This document shows, in pieces, positions 45,816-55,128 of a stretch of 64,000 nucleotides of DNA; within the stretch, counting starts at the first letter, position 1; each line of letters begins with the position of its first letter. Source of the DNA: a virus (Duplodnaviria; Heunggongvirae; Uroviricota; Caudoviricetes); the IMG/VR virus record IMGVR_UViG_3300031420_000399; one strand, written 5' to 3'. Made by a program: the position numbers and the translations under genes. The notes below the pieces were generated by a model. The model was not told where the DNA came from and did no database searches. It worked only from the letters and a program-made list of their open reading frames with translations.

Positions 45816-47159
45816 ATGGAAACCGCAAAGAAGAGGTTCAGGCCGGCGGCCCTGAGCGCAGCAGCAGCCGTCGCTTTGGTGGCTGGCTTCCTCACCATCG
45901 TTCCCGCCAATGCTGCTACTGCAGCAGGCGACCCAAATCAGTCCTGTGCAAAGCCCATCGAACTCTCGGGCGATGAGCAGCGCGCTCTCTACGAGCGAAC
46001 CTCGGGGCTTTCCAGCGATGACCTGGCAGCTGAGCTCCTTTGCTTCAGCACTGTCGGTAGCAACCCCAAGCCGGGCGGCACGCTGAACCTGCAGGTTTCG
46101 CCGGTCTACGCCAATACTACCCTCTCCTCCTCCAGTGTCAACTGGTTGGATGAGGATGGGACCATCATCGGATCATCCCTCACGAGCGACGGAGCTGACG
46201 GCTGGACCTCGAGCCTTTCGCTGGCCGATGGTCACAGCGGGAAGACGATCCACCCGGAACTCTCCGACATCCAGATCGACCTTCCGCTCGAATACGAGGT
46301 CTCTGTTCCCGACCTCTGGGATCAGGTTTGCCTCGACGAGCTCACTCCCGCACCGGTTGAGACCCCGCCCGCGGATCCGACCACTGAGCCCACCGACGGA
46401 GAGACTCCTCCTACTCCAGTAGAGGGCGATCCGACGGCCACGCCTGCACCGACCCCCGTCATCACTGAAGCTGACAGGGAGATGTGCCTCGTAGAGCCCG
46501 GTTACACTCAGCTTGCCGATCAGCTGCTGCGTGTTCAGGGAGCCTCCTTCGTCGGAGCCGGCCAGGCCGTGAGCTACGCTCCCGCAACCCTGGGCACTGT
46601 CTCCATCAGTGGCGAGGCGCTGGTCACCACCACGCTGAAGTCGAAGATCACCGGCGCCACCAAGGCGAAGACCGTGTCCTTCCAGTGGCTCCGCAGTGGC
46701 GCTGCCATCAAGGGTGCTACCGGCTCGACCTACAAGGTCGTGGACGCTGACAGATCCAAGGATCTGACGCTGAGAGTGACAGCATCCAGCCCTGGACAGC
46801 CTGTCGTGGTCAGACCCAGCAACAAGATCTCGAAGGTGCTCGGCAAGCTCAGCACGCCGAACCCTAAGGTCAGCCTCGTCAACGGTGGCATCAGCTGCCC
46901 CCAGTGGAACTGCAACGCGAAGATGCAGGTGAAGGCAACCGTGGACAAGGGCGCCACCGCAAAGTACCAGTGGTACCGGAATGGCAAGGCAATCAAGGGC
47001 GCTACCAAGAGCACCTACGCCGTGAAGTTCAAGTACTCCAAGGGCCTCAAGTACACCGTGAAGTACACCGCCACTGTCGAGGTTTCCAAGTCCGGCTTCA
47101 AGACCGAGAAGCAGTCTAGCGAGAGCACTGCTTCCGCGTGGGTGAAGCTCCCGAAGTAG
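45816..47159 (+). CDS. secreted/cell-surface protein with Pro-Thr linker and two Ig-like repeats
   Basis: Signal peptide (..PANA); PT-rich linker; FQWLRSGAAIKGATGSTY and YQWYRNGKAIKGATKSTY. Confidence 0.85.
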   Translation: METAKKRFRPAALSAAAAVALVAGFLTIVPANAATAAGDPNQSCAKPIELSGDEQRALYERTSGLSSDDLAAELLCFSTVGSNPKPGGTLNLQVSPVYANTTLSSSSVNWLDEDGTIIGSSLTSDGADGWTSSLSLADGHSGKTIHPELSDIQIDLPLEYEVSVPDLWDQVCLDELTPAPVETPPADPTTEPTDGETPPTPVEGDPTATPAPTPVITEADREMCLVEPGYTQLADQLLRVQGASFVGAGQAVSYAPATLGTVSISGEALVTTTLKSKITGATKAKTVSFQWLRSGAAIKGATGSTYKVVDADRSKDLTLRVTASSPGQPVVVRPSNKISKVLGKLSTPNPKVSLVNGGISCPQWNCNAKMQVKATVDKGATAKYQWYRNGKAIKGATKSTYAVKFKYSKGLKYTVKYTATVEVSKSGFKTEKQSSESTASAWVKLPK

Positions 47160-47211
47160 GCTCGAAGCGCTAGTAGTTGCACGGCGGGGAACTCTGGTAT
47201 AGGATCCAATC

Positions 47212-47517
47212 ATGGACACCGACCAGAGCCCCCGCCGTTCTGCTACGCCCGCAAAGGCCGAGAGCAGCTCGCTTCCCACCGTGATCTTCTACGGAGCCGT
47301 CTGCCTGGCGATCTTCGCCATCGGACAGGGGCACTGGGGCTTCCTCCTCGTCGCTGCGCTGATCATGCTCCCCTTCGGCTTCCTCCTCATCGTCCCCGCG
47401 CTCACCAGCTACCTGGGCCTGCGCAACATGTACCGCCACCCGGAGCTCTACTCGACAAAGATCATCGAGGACGAGCAGGGCAAGTTCGTCTCAATCAGCT
47501 GGAACCGAATTCGCTGA
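47212..47517 (+). CDS. membrane protein
   Basis: Leaderless TTGCAC..TAGGAT promoter; two TM helices. Confidence 0.8.
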   Translation: MDTDQSPRRSATPAKAESSSLPTVIFYGAVCLAIFAIGQGHWGFLLVAALIMLPFGFLLIVPALTSYLGLRNMYRHPELYSTKIIEDEQGKFVSISWNRIR

Positions 47518-47556
47518 CCATCGATAGCATCAAATTCTAGGGAAGAGAGATTCACC

Positions 47557-47850
47557 ATGGCCAAGGCCAAAGTCAGCCGCATCAAGAGCTTCTCCAACAT
47601 CGACGAGGTCTTCGCTCGGATGTATGAGCAGGGCTACTTCATCAACGAGAACCACCGGGATGAGGAGCTCGCCCGGATCAAGGGGCCGACGCCTACCGGT
47701 AGCGCCAACGAATACTGGTACTCCAACGGTGCTCAGCAGCTCAAGATCTTCAAGCAGATGTTCGGATCATTCGAGCTCTGCAACTTCATGGGGATCATCA
47801 GCCCGAAGCTCGAGGAGCTCTTCGAGCTCGCAGAGATTCCCCGGCGATAG
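47557..47850 (+). CDS. hypothetical protein
   Basis: Typical codon bias. Confidence 0.8.
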   Translation: MAKAKVSRIKSFSNIDEVFARMYEQGYFINENHRDEELARIKGPTPTGSANEYWYSNGAQQLKIFKQMFGSFELCNFMGIISPKLEELFELAEIPRR

Positions 47851-47880
47851 GTCCCCGAGTCCGCCCCACTAAGATTCTGT

Positions 47881-47919
47881 ATGTCAGTATTTGACATCTC
47901 AGACATTGGCATGTAGGAT
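47881..47919 (+). promoter_or_regulatory. promoter with a palindrome over the -35 element
   Basis: ATGTCA-N5-TGACAT overlaps TTGACA(47891)-N17-TAGGAT(47914); ATG 6 nt later. Confidence 0.7.
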
Positions 47920-47925
47920 GTAAAT

Positions 47926-48228
47926 ATGAACACTCCACTTCGCTCCGAAATCCTCCACGACCAGATCGACCGGGCCCGGACCTACCTCCATCTCGCCGCG
48001 GAGACCCGGGACCTCAACCTGGCCAAGTTCGCCCTGGGGGTGCTCACGGGTGCAGTCACTGCTGGAGCCCCTGTCGAGGACCACTACCGGCTCTACGAGG
48101 CTGGCTACGAGGGACAGGCCATGGCCGACATTGAGCGCGTGCTCGATGTGGCTGACCTCCTGACCCGCCGCGGCTACAGCTATGTGGATCGGCTTCAGTA
48201 CATCGAACGGGAGGGCAACCGTGGCTAA
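47926..48228 (+). CDS. hypothetical protein
   Basis: Leaderless start. Confidence 0.85.
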   Translation: MNTPLRSEILHDQIDRARTYLHLAAETRDLNLAKFALGVLTGAVTAGAPVEDHYRLYEAGYEGQAMADIERVLDVADLLTRRGYSYVDRLQYIEREGNRG

Positions 48229-48436
48229 GCGCTTCACCATCTCAGAGACAGAAGGCCAGCAGCGGTCCTTCTCCTACCTCGTCGGGGATGACTTTCCCGT
48301 CGGATCCTGGGCTGCCGACGAACAGCCTGCAGATCTGGTCGTCGGCGAGATCGAGTCCCTGAGCTCGGGCGACAACTGTCCCTTCTTCGCCTACGATCCG
48401 GCCGGCGAGATCATCGTCGCAGTGAGCGAGCTCTAG
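48221..48436 (+). CDS. small acidic hypothetical protein
   Basis: GGAGG SD before GTG 48221. Confidence 0.75.
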   Translation: MAKRFTISETEGQQRSFSYLVGDDFPVGSWAADEQPADLVVGEIESLSSGDNCPFFAYDPAGEIIVAVSEL

Positions 48437-48481
48437 GCCATTGACTGGGCTGACCACAGACCCGAGGGTGGCTTCCGTGAG

Positions 48482-49096
48482 ATGCTCCTCCTCGACATCA
48501 TCCGGGACTACAAGCCAGTCTATCCCGATGGTGGAACCTGGGATGATGCAGCGGCCCTGCTCTACGCCGAGCAGCCTGAGCACATGGCTGAGCTCAAGGC
48601 TTCCCTGGATCGGAAGGGCTGGCGAGATCCGATCCGGCTGTCGAGCCAGGAGGACATGGACTCGGATGACGGAGAGGCCTATGTGCTCGACGGTACCCAC
48701 CGGGTAAGCCTGGCCATGCGAGAAGGCGTGATCTCTCTGCCCGTGGTGACAAGCGACGAGCTCCCCGAGTGGGACACTGAGCCCGAACCCTTCACCGAGT
48801 TCACCATCGAGTTCCTCTCGGGCCCCGAGATCACGGACGATCAGGACTACGAGCTCATGGAGCTCTTCATCTCCCTGGAGCTCAACGAGGACATCTGGCT
48901 CAACTCTGACATCAGCTCTAGCCACCGGAGCGAGCGCTGGAGCTACTACTACGATGCGCTCCAGGACGAGACCCATCACAATCAGCTCAAGCGAGTTGCC
49001 CGGGCCCGGCTCAAGCGCCACTTCCCCGAGCACAAGTTCAAGCTCACTACCTCGATCGAGAGCTTCGAGGAAGAGGAAACTCAAGAGGATGGCTAG
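48482..49096 (+). CDS. ParB/sulfiredoxin-like domain protein
   Basis: ELKASLDRKGWRDPI..YVLDGTHRVSLA..G..SLPV. Confidence 0.75.
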   Translation: MLLLDIIRDYKPVYPDGGTWDDAAALLYAEQPEHMAELKASLDRKGWRDPIRLSSQEDMDSDDGEAYVLDGTHRVSLAMREGVISLPVVTSDELPEWDTEPEPFTEFTIEFLSGPEITDDQDYELMELFISLELNEDIWLNSDISSSHRSERWSYYYDALQDETHHNQLKRVARARLKRHFPEHKFKLTTSIESFEEEETQEDG

Positions 49097-49151
49097 CTTC
49101 CCGGTCTAGCTGCCTTCAAAGACCTACCGATGGAGGCGCGATAGTGGGCAC

Positions 49152-49706
49152 ATGGTCACTCCCAGAGAAAAGCGCTATCTTGAGCTCATGCGAGGCTTCA
49201 GCTCCGAAGAGCTTGAGCGTCTCCCCCTAGAATACAGCCTCTACACGAACGACCTCCCGAAGACCATCGGGAGCTTCCTGGAGACTGGACCTAGGCTCCA
49301 CATCCCTGAGCTCGAAGTCCTGGACAGGCTGTCCGGTGAGCTCCAATCCAGCATCAACCGTCAGCTCTTCCTGACTACTCCCTGGAAGCCACCGATCGTT
49401 CTCCTCCCCCGGGACCGGAGCCGCATCAGGGCAGAGCGGGCCGCCGCGCTGAGGCTGGCAACTGAGGCGAGCGCTGACATCCACCGAAAGCTCCTCCAGG
49501 AATACTTTTTCCTCACTAACTTCTTGGAGCTCACTCTCCTAGTCCAGCGTGAGGTAGCCAGTGCTCTCGGCGCTGAGCTCAACGAGACCCATGTGGCTAC
49601 CTACAAGCGCGCCACGGCGAAGCTCATCGAGATCTTCCAGAAGACCGACGATGGCTATGAGCAGACTCAGCGCCACATCATCGAGAAAAGTCCAGCATCG
49701 GCCTGA
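49152..49706 (+). CDS. hypothetical protein, paralogue family G copy 1
   Basis: LM..ELERLPLEY.LY..DLP..EYFF...LEL..VQR. Confidence 0.8.
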   Translation: MVTPREKRYLELMRGFSSEELERLPLEYSLYTNDLPKTIGSFLETGPRLHIPELEVLDRLSGELQSSINRQLFLTTPWKPPIVLLPRDRSRIRAERAAALRLATEASADIHRKLLQEYFFLTNFLELTLLVQREVASALGAELNETHVATYKRATAKLIEIFQKTDDGYEQTQRHIIEKSPASA

Positions 49707-49820
49707 AGATAGCCCTTCTCCCGAAGAACCATTGACAGACAGCGTCGGTCATGTAGTGTTAGGGCTATGAGGGCCGATCGAGCTGCTCAGAACATCGAGA
49801 TCGATTAGGAAGTACCAGCC

Positions 49821-50024
49821 ATGGCAGCAACCCGTCAGCAGAAGATCGAGGCACTGAGCGAGTTCCTCGAGACCCGGGCTCAGGCCCGACCCCGTGGTCA
49901 CAGCTCCCTGGATGGCATCGGCTGTCCGGACCACGACGGGGCCTTCCAGGGCCTCGCCGCCGAGCTCCTCGAACTCATCGAAGAGGACGGCTACGGCTAC
50001 GCCGGGCAGGAGCCCGCAGTCTGA
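49821..50024 (+). CDS. small hypothetical protein
   Basis: TTGACA promoter at about 49733; AGGAAG SD. Confidence 0.75.
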   Translation: MAATRQQKIEALSEFLETRAQARPRGHSSLDGIGCPDHDGAFQGLAAELLELIEEDGYGYAGQEPAV

Positions 50025-50043
50025 TCTTCAGGCTCCACAGACC

Positions 50044-50084
50044 CAGAGGGACCGAAGCGACTACTCCGCGTTTCGGTCCCTCTG
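50044..50084 (+). terminator. hairpin terminator
   Basis: CAGAGGGACCGAA / TTCGGTCCCTCTG. Confidence 0.8.
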
Positions 50085-50120
50085 CTGTACTCAGGGGCAG
50101 TCGGTTCTGATAGTAGATCC

Positions 50121-50579
50121 ATGAACCCAGCAGCGGAGCAGAGTTTTCAGAAGCTCATGGGGCAGCTCTCAGAGTCTGACCTCGAAGAACTTCCCCTGGC
50201 CTACAGGGTCTACCGGGATGACCTACCGGCCCTCGTCGAGCTACTCCACGAGCAGAACCTCGCCATGCCTTTGGAGAGGCTCGACATCCTCAAGGTACTC
50301 CTCTTCGAGGCCAAGAAAAATCAGAGCGATCGGCTCGATGCTGCCTTCGATGGTGACGATGAGAAGCTCGCAGAGCTAGAGCTCTACAATCGGGCCATCG
50401 GCGAGATGGCGCTGAAGGAGTACTTCTTCTCCCTGACCTACCTGGAGCTCGGTCACTTCCTTCAGCGAATGCACTTTGAGCTCCGGGGCGGAGAAGTCCC
50501 CGATGAGATCCTGGAGCTCCAGGGATCTGTGCGAGACTCCCTGGTGAGCGCCTTCCGGCTCATCGAGGAGCTGCAGTAG
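50121..50579 (+). CDS. hypothetical protein, family G copy 2
   Basis: LM..DLEELPLAY.VY..DLP..EYFF...LEL..LQR. Confidence 0.8.
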   Translation: MNPAAEQSFQKLMGQLSESDLEELPLAYRVYRDDLPALVELLHEQNLAMPLERLDILKVLLFEAKKNQSDRLDAAFDGDDEKLAELELYNRAIGEMALKEYFFSLTYLELGHFLQRMHFELRGGEVPDEILELQGSVRDSLVSAFRLIEELQ

Positions 50580-50652
50580 GCTTTCACGGTCCTTTCTACG
50601 CATCCTCAGAGCGCAGGTTGCGGAAGCTGTTTCCATGGTGTAAGTTGACCCC

Positions 50653-51015
50653 ATGGCCAATGAGACCAATTCGACCACCGCTCCCGAATCGAGCTCGCAG
50701 AAGCTCTGGGAGATCCTGGTGCCCACCGTCCGTAACCCCAACGAAGATGGGGAGATCAGCCCCTACCGCACGCGCTATCACCGGGTGTGGGATCAGAAGG
50801 TCAAGGCCATCGCTGGCGGGCTCACGGTGCTCACGCCGGTCCGAGGGACCTGGGTCTCCGATGAGGATGAGACCTTCCACGAGCGCATGATTCCGGTTCG
50901 GATCATGTGCACCGAAGAGGAGATCCTCGAGATTGCCCACATGACCAAGAGCTACTACGATCAGCTCGCAGTGATGGTCTACATGATCTCTGCGGATGTC
51001 CGGATCATCGACTGA
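50653..51015 (+). CDS. DUF3574/P-II-like fold protein (tentative)
   Basis: GGLTVLTPVRGTWV..E..IPVRI..IA..TKSYYDQLAV; leaderless promoter. Confidence 0.5.
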   Translation: MANETNSTTAPESSSQKLWEILVPTVRNPNEDGEISPYRTRYHRVWDQKVKAIAGGLTVLTPVRGTWVSDEDETFHERMIPVRIMCTEEEILEIAHMTKSYYDQLAVMVYMISADVRIID

Positions 51016-51074
51016 TCATAGCACTACCTAGCAGGTCATAGGTTACCCCCTAACCACCGAAGGATAGCTTTCCC

Positions 51075-51659
51075 ATGAGTACAACCATCGAAAGCAGCAA
51101 GAGGCTCGCTGAGCCTCTCACCGAAGGCTCCATCCCCAAGGTTCGGGGCCACTCCAAGGAGTTCTGGTGGCAGCTGCGAGCATCAGGCATCGTGCTGGCC
51201 TCTGTTATCCTGATCTCCTACCTCTGGGATCTCTTCGGTCTTCCCGAATTCGGCCCCGAGGGCAACAGACATCAGTGGATCTTCCCCGTCGTAGTTGTCG
51301 GAATCCTTTTCTCGGTACAGAACTTCTTCAACGCCTTCCGAGATGAGTCGCCGAGACGGCGGAAGCTTCGACTGGATGCCGAGCTCGCTGCTTTCGAGCG
51401 AGAGGTCTTCCCGTTCCTGGAAGCTGAACTCAAGAAGGTCGATCGGAAGGGTGACTACTATGGCCCTCTGACAATGCCACCCCTCGACTGGACAGCTGAA
51501 CGGATGCTCAGGGACGAGAAGGAAGGTGCCTCGTGGGCTGCCCGCTATCGGGATGGCCAGGGCACCAGCCATTTCAAGTTCACACTGGAGAACGGTGGCC
51601 GCGAAGTTCACTTCCGGGCTGAGATTCCGGGTGAAATAGAAACCAAGAACGGTGTATGA
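51075..51659 (+). CDS. membrane protein
   Basis: Two N-terminal TM helices; AAGGA SD. Confidence 0.8.
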   Translation: MSTTIESSKRLAEPLTEGSIPKVRGHSKEFWWQLRASGIVLASVILISYLWDLFGLPEFGPEGNRHQWIFPVVVVGILFSVQNFFNAFRDESPRRRKLRLDAELAAFEREVFPFLEAELKKVDRKGDYYGPLTMPPLDWTAERMLRDEKEGASWAARYRDGQGTSHFKFTLENGGREVHFRAEIPGEIETKNGV

Positions 51660-51668
51660 TCAGTTTCC

Positions 51669-52007
51669 ATGAGCAACTCACAGCAGGCTGAACAGCAGCC
51701 CGAGATCGATCTCCTCGACGATGACCATGTTCAGAAGGCACTCACAGAGGCAGAGGAACACCTCTGGACGCTCATCGAGGCCCGCAACATGGATGACTCG
51801 CCGCGGATCTGGATCGCCTTCACCACGCTCCGGGCCGTGCGGATGCTCTCCAAGAGCTCGAACGGGATTCCGGGGCTCCGAGGCCTGGGGCTCAAGGAAG
51901 CACTGGAGCTCGCCGAGTCCATCAACGAACACAAGCCCCAGAGCGACCGGGAGCTCTCCATCCACAGCTACAAGTCCATCGCTGCAGGCATCGCTGTCGG
52001 CCGCTGA
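51669..52007 (+). CDS. hypothetical protein
   Basis: Typical codon bias. Confidence 0.8.
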   Translation: MSNSQQAEQQPEIDLLDDDHVQKALTEAEEHLWTLIEARNMDDSPRIWIAFTTLRAVRMLSKSSNGIPGLRGLGLKEALELAESINEHKPQSDRELSIHSYKSIAAGIAVGR

Positions 52008-52027
52008 CCACAGAAAAGAGAAGACCC

Positions 52028-52429
52028 ATGGGAATCACGGATCCGATTCACTTCGAAGTCAAAGCTCTGCACATCGAGCTCCTCAAGCGCATCAACTTTC
52101 AGGAAGGCGAGGGTGTCCCTGAGGTAAGCGCCAAGCGACCCTATGGCAACAGCGATGTGCTCGGAGATCTCCAGGAGATCTATAGCGCAACTGCTGGCCA
52201 CGAGGTTCTGAGGCTTGAGGATGGTGGCACCATCGTTCTTCAGGGTGACCGGGTGATCTCCCGCGGTGACGGCACGGGCCATGCCGAAGATGACACTGAG
52301 GCCATGCTCTGGGGGTTCCACCGTCAGATGACCACCGTGCTGGAAATCCTTGTGGACAACCTCGGCATCCAGGAAGGTACTTACAGCTGTGTGCCCTTCG
52401 GTGGAAAGTGGATCCTCCGAGAGGACTGA
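52028..52429 (+). CDS. phage-type hypothetical protein, family H copy 1
   Basis: FEVKALHIELL..KRPYGNSDV..FHRQMTTVLEI. Confidence 0.85.
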   Translation: MGITDPIHFEVKALHIELLKRINFQEGEGVPEVSAKRPYGNSDVLGDLQEIYSATAGHEVLRLEDGGTIVLQGDRVISRGDGTGHAEDDTEAMLWGFHRQMTTVLEILVDNLGIQEGTYSCVPFGGKWILRED

Positions 52430-52512
52430 GCACACTGCGCTGAGCGAGGGGTTGCGCGGTGATCCTTTCGGATGTATGGTGGTCTCACACCACACCACAG
52501 CCGGAGGAAATC

Positions 52513-52722
52513 ATGGCCATCACCACCACTTCGCTCTTCACCATCCGCACGCTCACCGAGGACGGCGAGTTCGGCTCCCAGACCGAGCCCATGGACGAGT
52601 CCGAGGCCCTGGCGACCTTCGATGACACCGTGGAGAACTCCGGTGAGTCCATCTTCGTTCAGATGATCGGCGAGGACGGCACCGTCGCCAACGAGTCCCG
52701 CGGAGAGGTCGCTGAGTACTGA
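52513..52722 (+). CDS. small acidic protein
   Basis: GGAGG SD; weak similarity to 55649..55846. Confidence 0.8.
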   Translation: MAITTTSLFTIRTLTEDGEFGSQTEPMDESEALATFDDTVENSGESIFVQMIGEDGTVANESRGEVAEY

Positions 52723-52738
52723 GCCTCATCGAACTTCC

Positions 52739-52781
52739 AGCAGAGGGGAAGCTGTCCACTAAGGATGGCCTCCCCTCTGCT
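52739..52781 (+). terminator. hairpin terminator
   Basis: AGCAGAGGGGA...TCCCCTCTGCT. Confidence 0.75.
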
Positions 52782-52844
52782 ATTCTTCGTTAGAACTGAA
52801 TTTCAGACAACCGGCTAAATCCTTCGGCATCTGGAGATTCGATC

Positions 52845-53681
52845 ATGGCAGAGCGCTTCCACTTCAACCCTGAGACAGGTCGCACAGGCAAGTGCGGTTC
52901 GGATCCCTCCAATCCTCGGGCTCGCGGGTGCCGCTTCGGTCAGTCCGATGCGCAGCACGGCGCAACTCGAGAAGAGGCCAAGGCCAACTACGAGACCAAG
53001 ATGGCTCCGGAGCTCTTCGCCAACACTCAGGCTCGAACACAGCCTGTCGAGCGTGCTCGCTACATCGACATCGGCTCCAACGAGTATGTCAGCCAGCTGC
53101 GCTACGACGGCAAGGTCTACAAGACCAAGGGCGCCGACGGCAAGGATCGCTACATCCGAGCCATCAAGAACCCCCTTGGAACACCGATCGTGTCAAGCAT
53201 CACCTGGGACAAGGAAGTCACCGGAAGCGCTGATGCCTACATCGCAGTAGAGGTCAAGGACCCCCTGGACCCCTCGCTCACAGGACAGCGCTCGATCATC
53301 GAGGGATCGGAGATGGAGGCAAGATACAGCAGCATCTCCCGGGAGGATGTGGCCGCCGCACTGAAGAAGGTCCAGGCCGACAGGGAGGCTGCGACCCCTC
53401 GGAACGAGGTTCCCGAGGGCGGCTACAAGCGCTTCAGCCACCGGGAGCTCGACGGAGAGGACTGGGAGCTCCAGGATGAAACTCGCTACAGCGCCGCAGA
53501 CCTCATTCGGCTTCGTCAGATCGACAGTGCTGCCATCGACCTTGCCGAGAAGGAAGACGGAGGCTGGGTCACCGTGAAGGTTCCCAGCGCCTCCGAAGTC
53601 AGCATCTCTGTGGAGCTCGCTCGCCGGGAGCTCGAAAAGGTCGAGGACGAGAACCGGAACAGGCTCAGGCGTTTCTTCTGA
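52845..53681 (+). CDS. protein with N-terminal H-C-C-H tag and unknown C-terminal domain
   Basis: FHFNPETGRTGKCGSDPSNPRARGCRFG..HGATREEAKANYE matches the N-terminus of 25739..27193. Confidence 0.85.
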   Translation: MAERFHFNPETGRTGKCGSDPSNPRARGCRFGQSDAQHGATREEAKANYETKMAPELFANTQARTQPVERARYIDIGSNEYVSQLRYDGKVYKTKGADGKDRYIRAIKNPLGTPIVSSITWDKEVTGSADAYIAVEVKDPLDPSLTGQRSIIEGSEMEARYSSISREDVAAALKKVQADREAATPRNEVPEGGYKRFSHRELDGEDWELQDETRYSAADLIRLRQIDSAAIDLAEKEDGGWVTVKVPSASEVSISVELARRELEKVEDENRNRLRRFF

Positions 53682-53745
53682 CCGAAGCCTTCGAATGCCG
53701 GCCGGAGAGTTGACAGGAGCTCTCTGGCCGGTATAGGATCGATCC

Positions 53746-54060
53746 ATGACCAGCATGAGAACCATCGCCCGCACCATCGAAGAGGGAACCATCGTCGTCG
53801 AGTACGGCCCCGTCCGGCCGACCCACGAGAATCGTCTCCTCACCGCCCTGACCGAGTTCAACGAGGCCGGCCTCGTGGTTGAGAGCTCCTTCGAGACCGG
53901 TAAGTTCACCGTTTGCATCGAGCTCATCCCCGGGCTCAATGACGCGATCATCGAAGAGGGCATCAAGAACACCCTCAAGGAGGTCTACGGTGAGGTCGCG
54001 GTGGCCAAAGCCCACATCGCGGTGAGCTTCGACTACTACGATGAGGAGCTCGAGGACTAG
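53746..54060 (+). CDS. hypothetical protein
   Basis: Leaderless TTGACA(53710)-N18-TAGGAT promoter. Confidence 0.85.
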   Translation: MTSMRTIARTIEEGTIVVEYGPVRPTHENRLLTALTEFNEAGLVVESSFETGKFTVCIELIPGLNDAIIEEGIKNTLKEVYGEVAVAKAHIAVSFDYYDEELED

Positions 54061-54123
54061 AACCTCCGGCCCAGCTCCACTTCGCTTCACCTACCACTCA
54101 AATCGCAAAGAACGGCAATCACC

Positions 54124-54561
54124 ATGGTGGATCTCTTCCGGGACCTCGGCTTCGACCCAGAATCGGATGAGGTCCACCAGGCCCGTTTGGCAGCAGCTGC
54201 TGAAACTGCCTACCGGATCATCCAGCTCCAGGATGAGGCAACTCGACGCTATCGGCTCGCGGGTACCTGGGGAACCAAGGAGCGGATCATCGCGGAGATC
54301 GCAGACTTCTCCCGATCCTACCCGCCGCCCTACTCCCTGGCTCCCAATCTTCAGCTCGCGTCGGCCGCTCTGGCTGACTTCGATGCCCTCTGGGAGGAGA
54401 AGAGCGATGCCCTCTCGGATGTGGGATTGCCACCGACGGCGACACTCCAGGAGCTCATCGACCACCACCGGGCAAATGCCAAGCTCGCTGGAGCAATGGA
54501 AGCGATGGCCGCCGGATACCGGTCAGGAAACACCCCAGAGGATCCCCAGGCTGGCTCCTGA
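54124..54561 (+). CDS. hypothetical protein
   Basis: Typical codon bias. Confidence 0.75.
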   Translation: MVDLFRDLGFDPESDEVHQARLAAAAETAYRIIQLQDEATRRYRLAGTWGTKERIIAEIADFSRSYPPPYSLAPNLQLASAALADFDALWEEKSDALSDVGLPPTATLQELIDHHRANAKLAGAMEAMAAGYRSGNTPEDPQAGS

Positions 54562-54683
54562 GCACCGCGGATCACCGGGACCGATCGATGTGTGCTCCCT
54601 GATTCCCGAGGGCTGAGAACAGCTCTCAGCATCTCTTTCGAAGGAATGTTGCTCCGCCGAGCCTTTCGATGTACGATCTTCCC

Positions 54684-55064
54684 ATGGCAACCAACGACCT
54701 CCTCCAGAAGATCTCCGCTGCAGTCGCTGACTACCGTCGGATGAACCCGGGGTCGACCGAGCTCCCCGCCGAGCTCGCCCTGGCCGTGGAAGCTGGTTTC
54801 GAGCTCAACGACCTCCTCGAGAGCTTCGATGGCGAGATCGTGGACGCCGAAATCCTTACCGACGAGGAGTCCGCAGCCTTTGATGCTCGGATCTCTGCTC
54901 CCCGGGCGAGCTTCTCCACAGGTCGCCGCCAGACCGGATTCTACGACCGGAGCTACTTCACGCTTCCCACCACTCCCGCCAAGGAGGGTCCCTACCTCAG
55001 CCGTGCCATCATCGAGGGTCAGATGGCTCAGCGCAACGGCATCCTCATCAACGCCATGGCGTAG
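54684..55064 (+). CDS. hypothetical protein
   Basis: Leaderless TTGCTC..TACGAT promoter. Confidence 0.85.
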   Translation: MATNDLLQKISAAVADYRRMNPGSTELPAELALAVEAGFELNDLLESFDGEIVDAEILTDEESAAFDARISAPRASFSTGRRQTGFYDRSYFTLPTTPAKEGPYLSRAIIEGQMAQRNGILINAMA

Positions 55065-55128
55065 TCCAGATGCAAGAGCCACGCTCCAGCTAGAATTTTC
55101 GCTCGAGATCGAATCCGAAGGAACAGCC

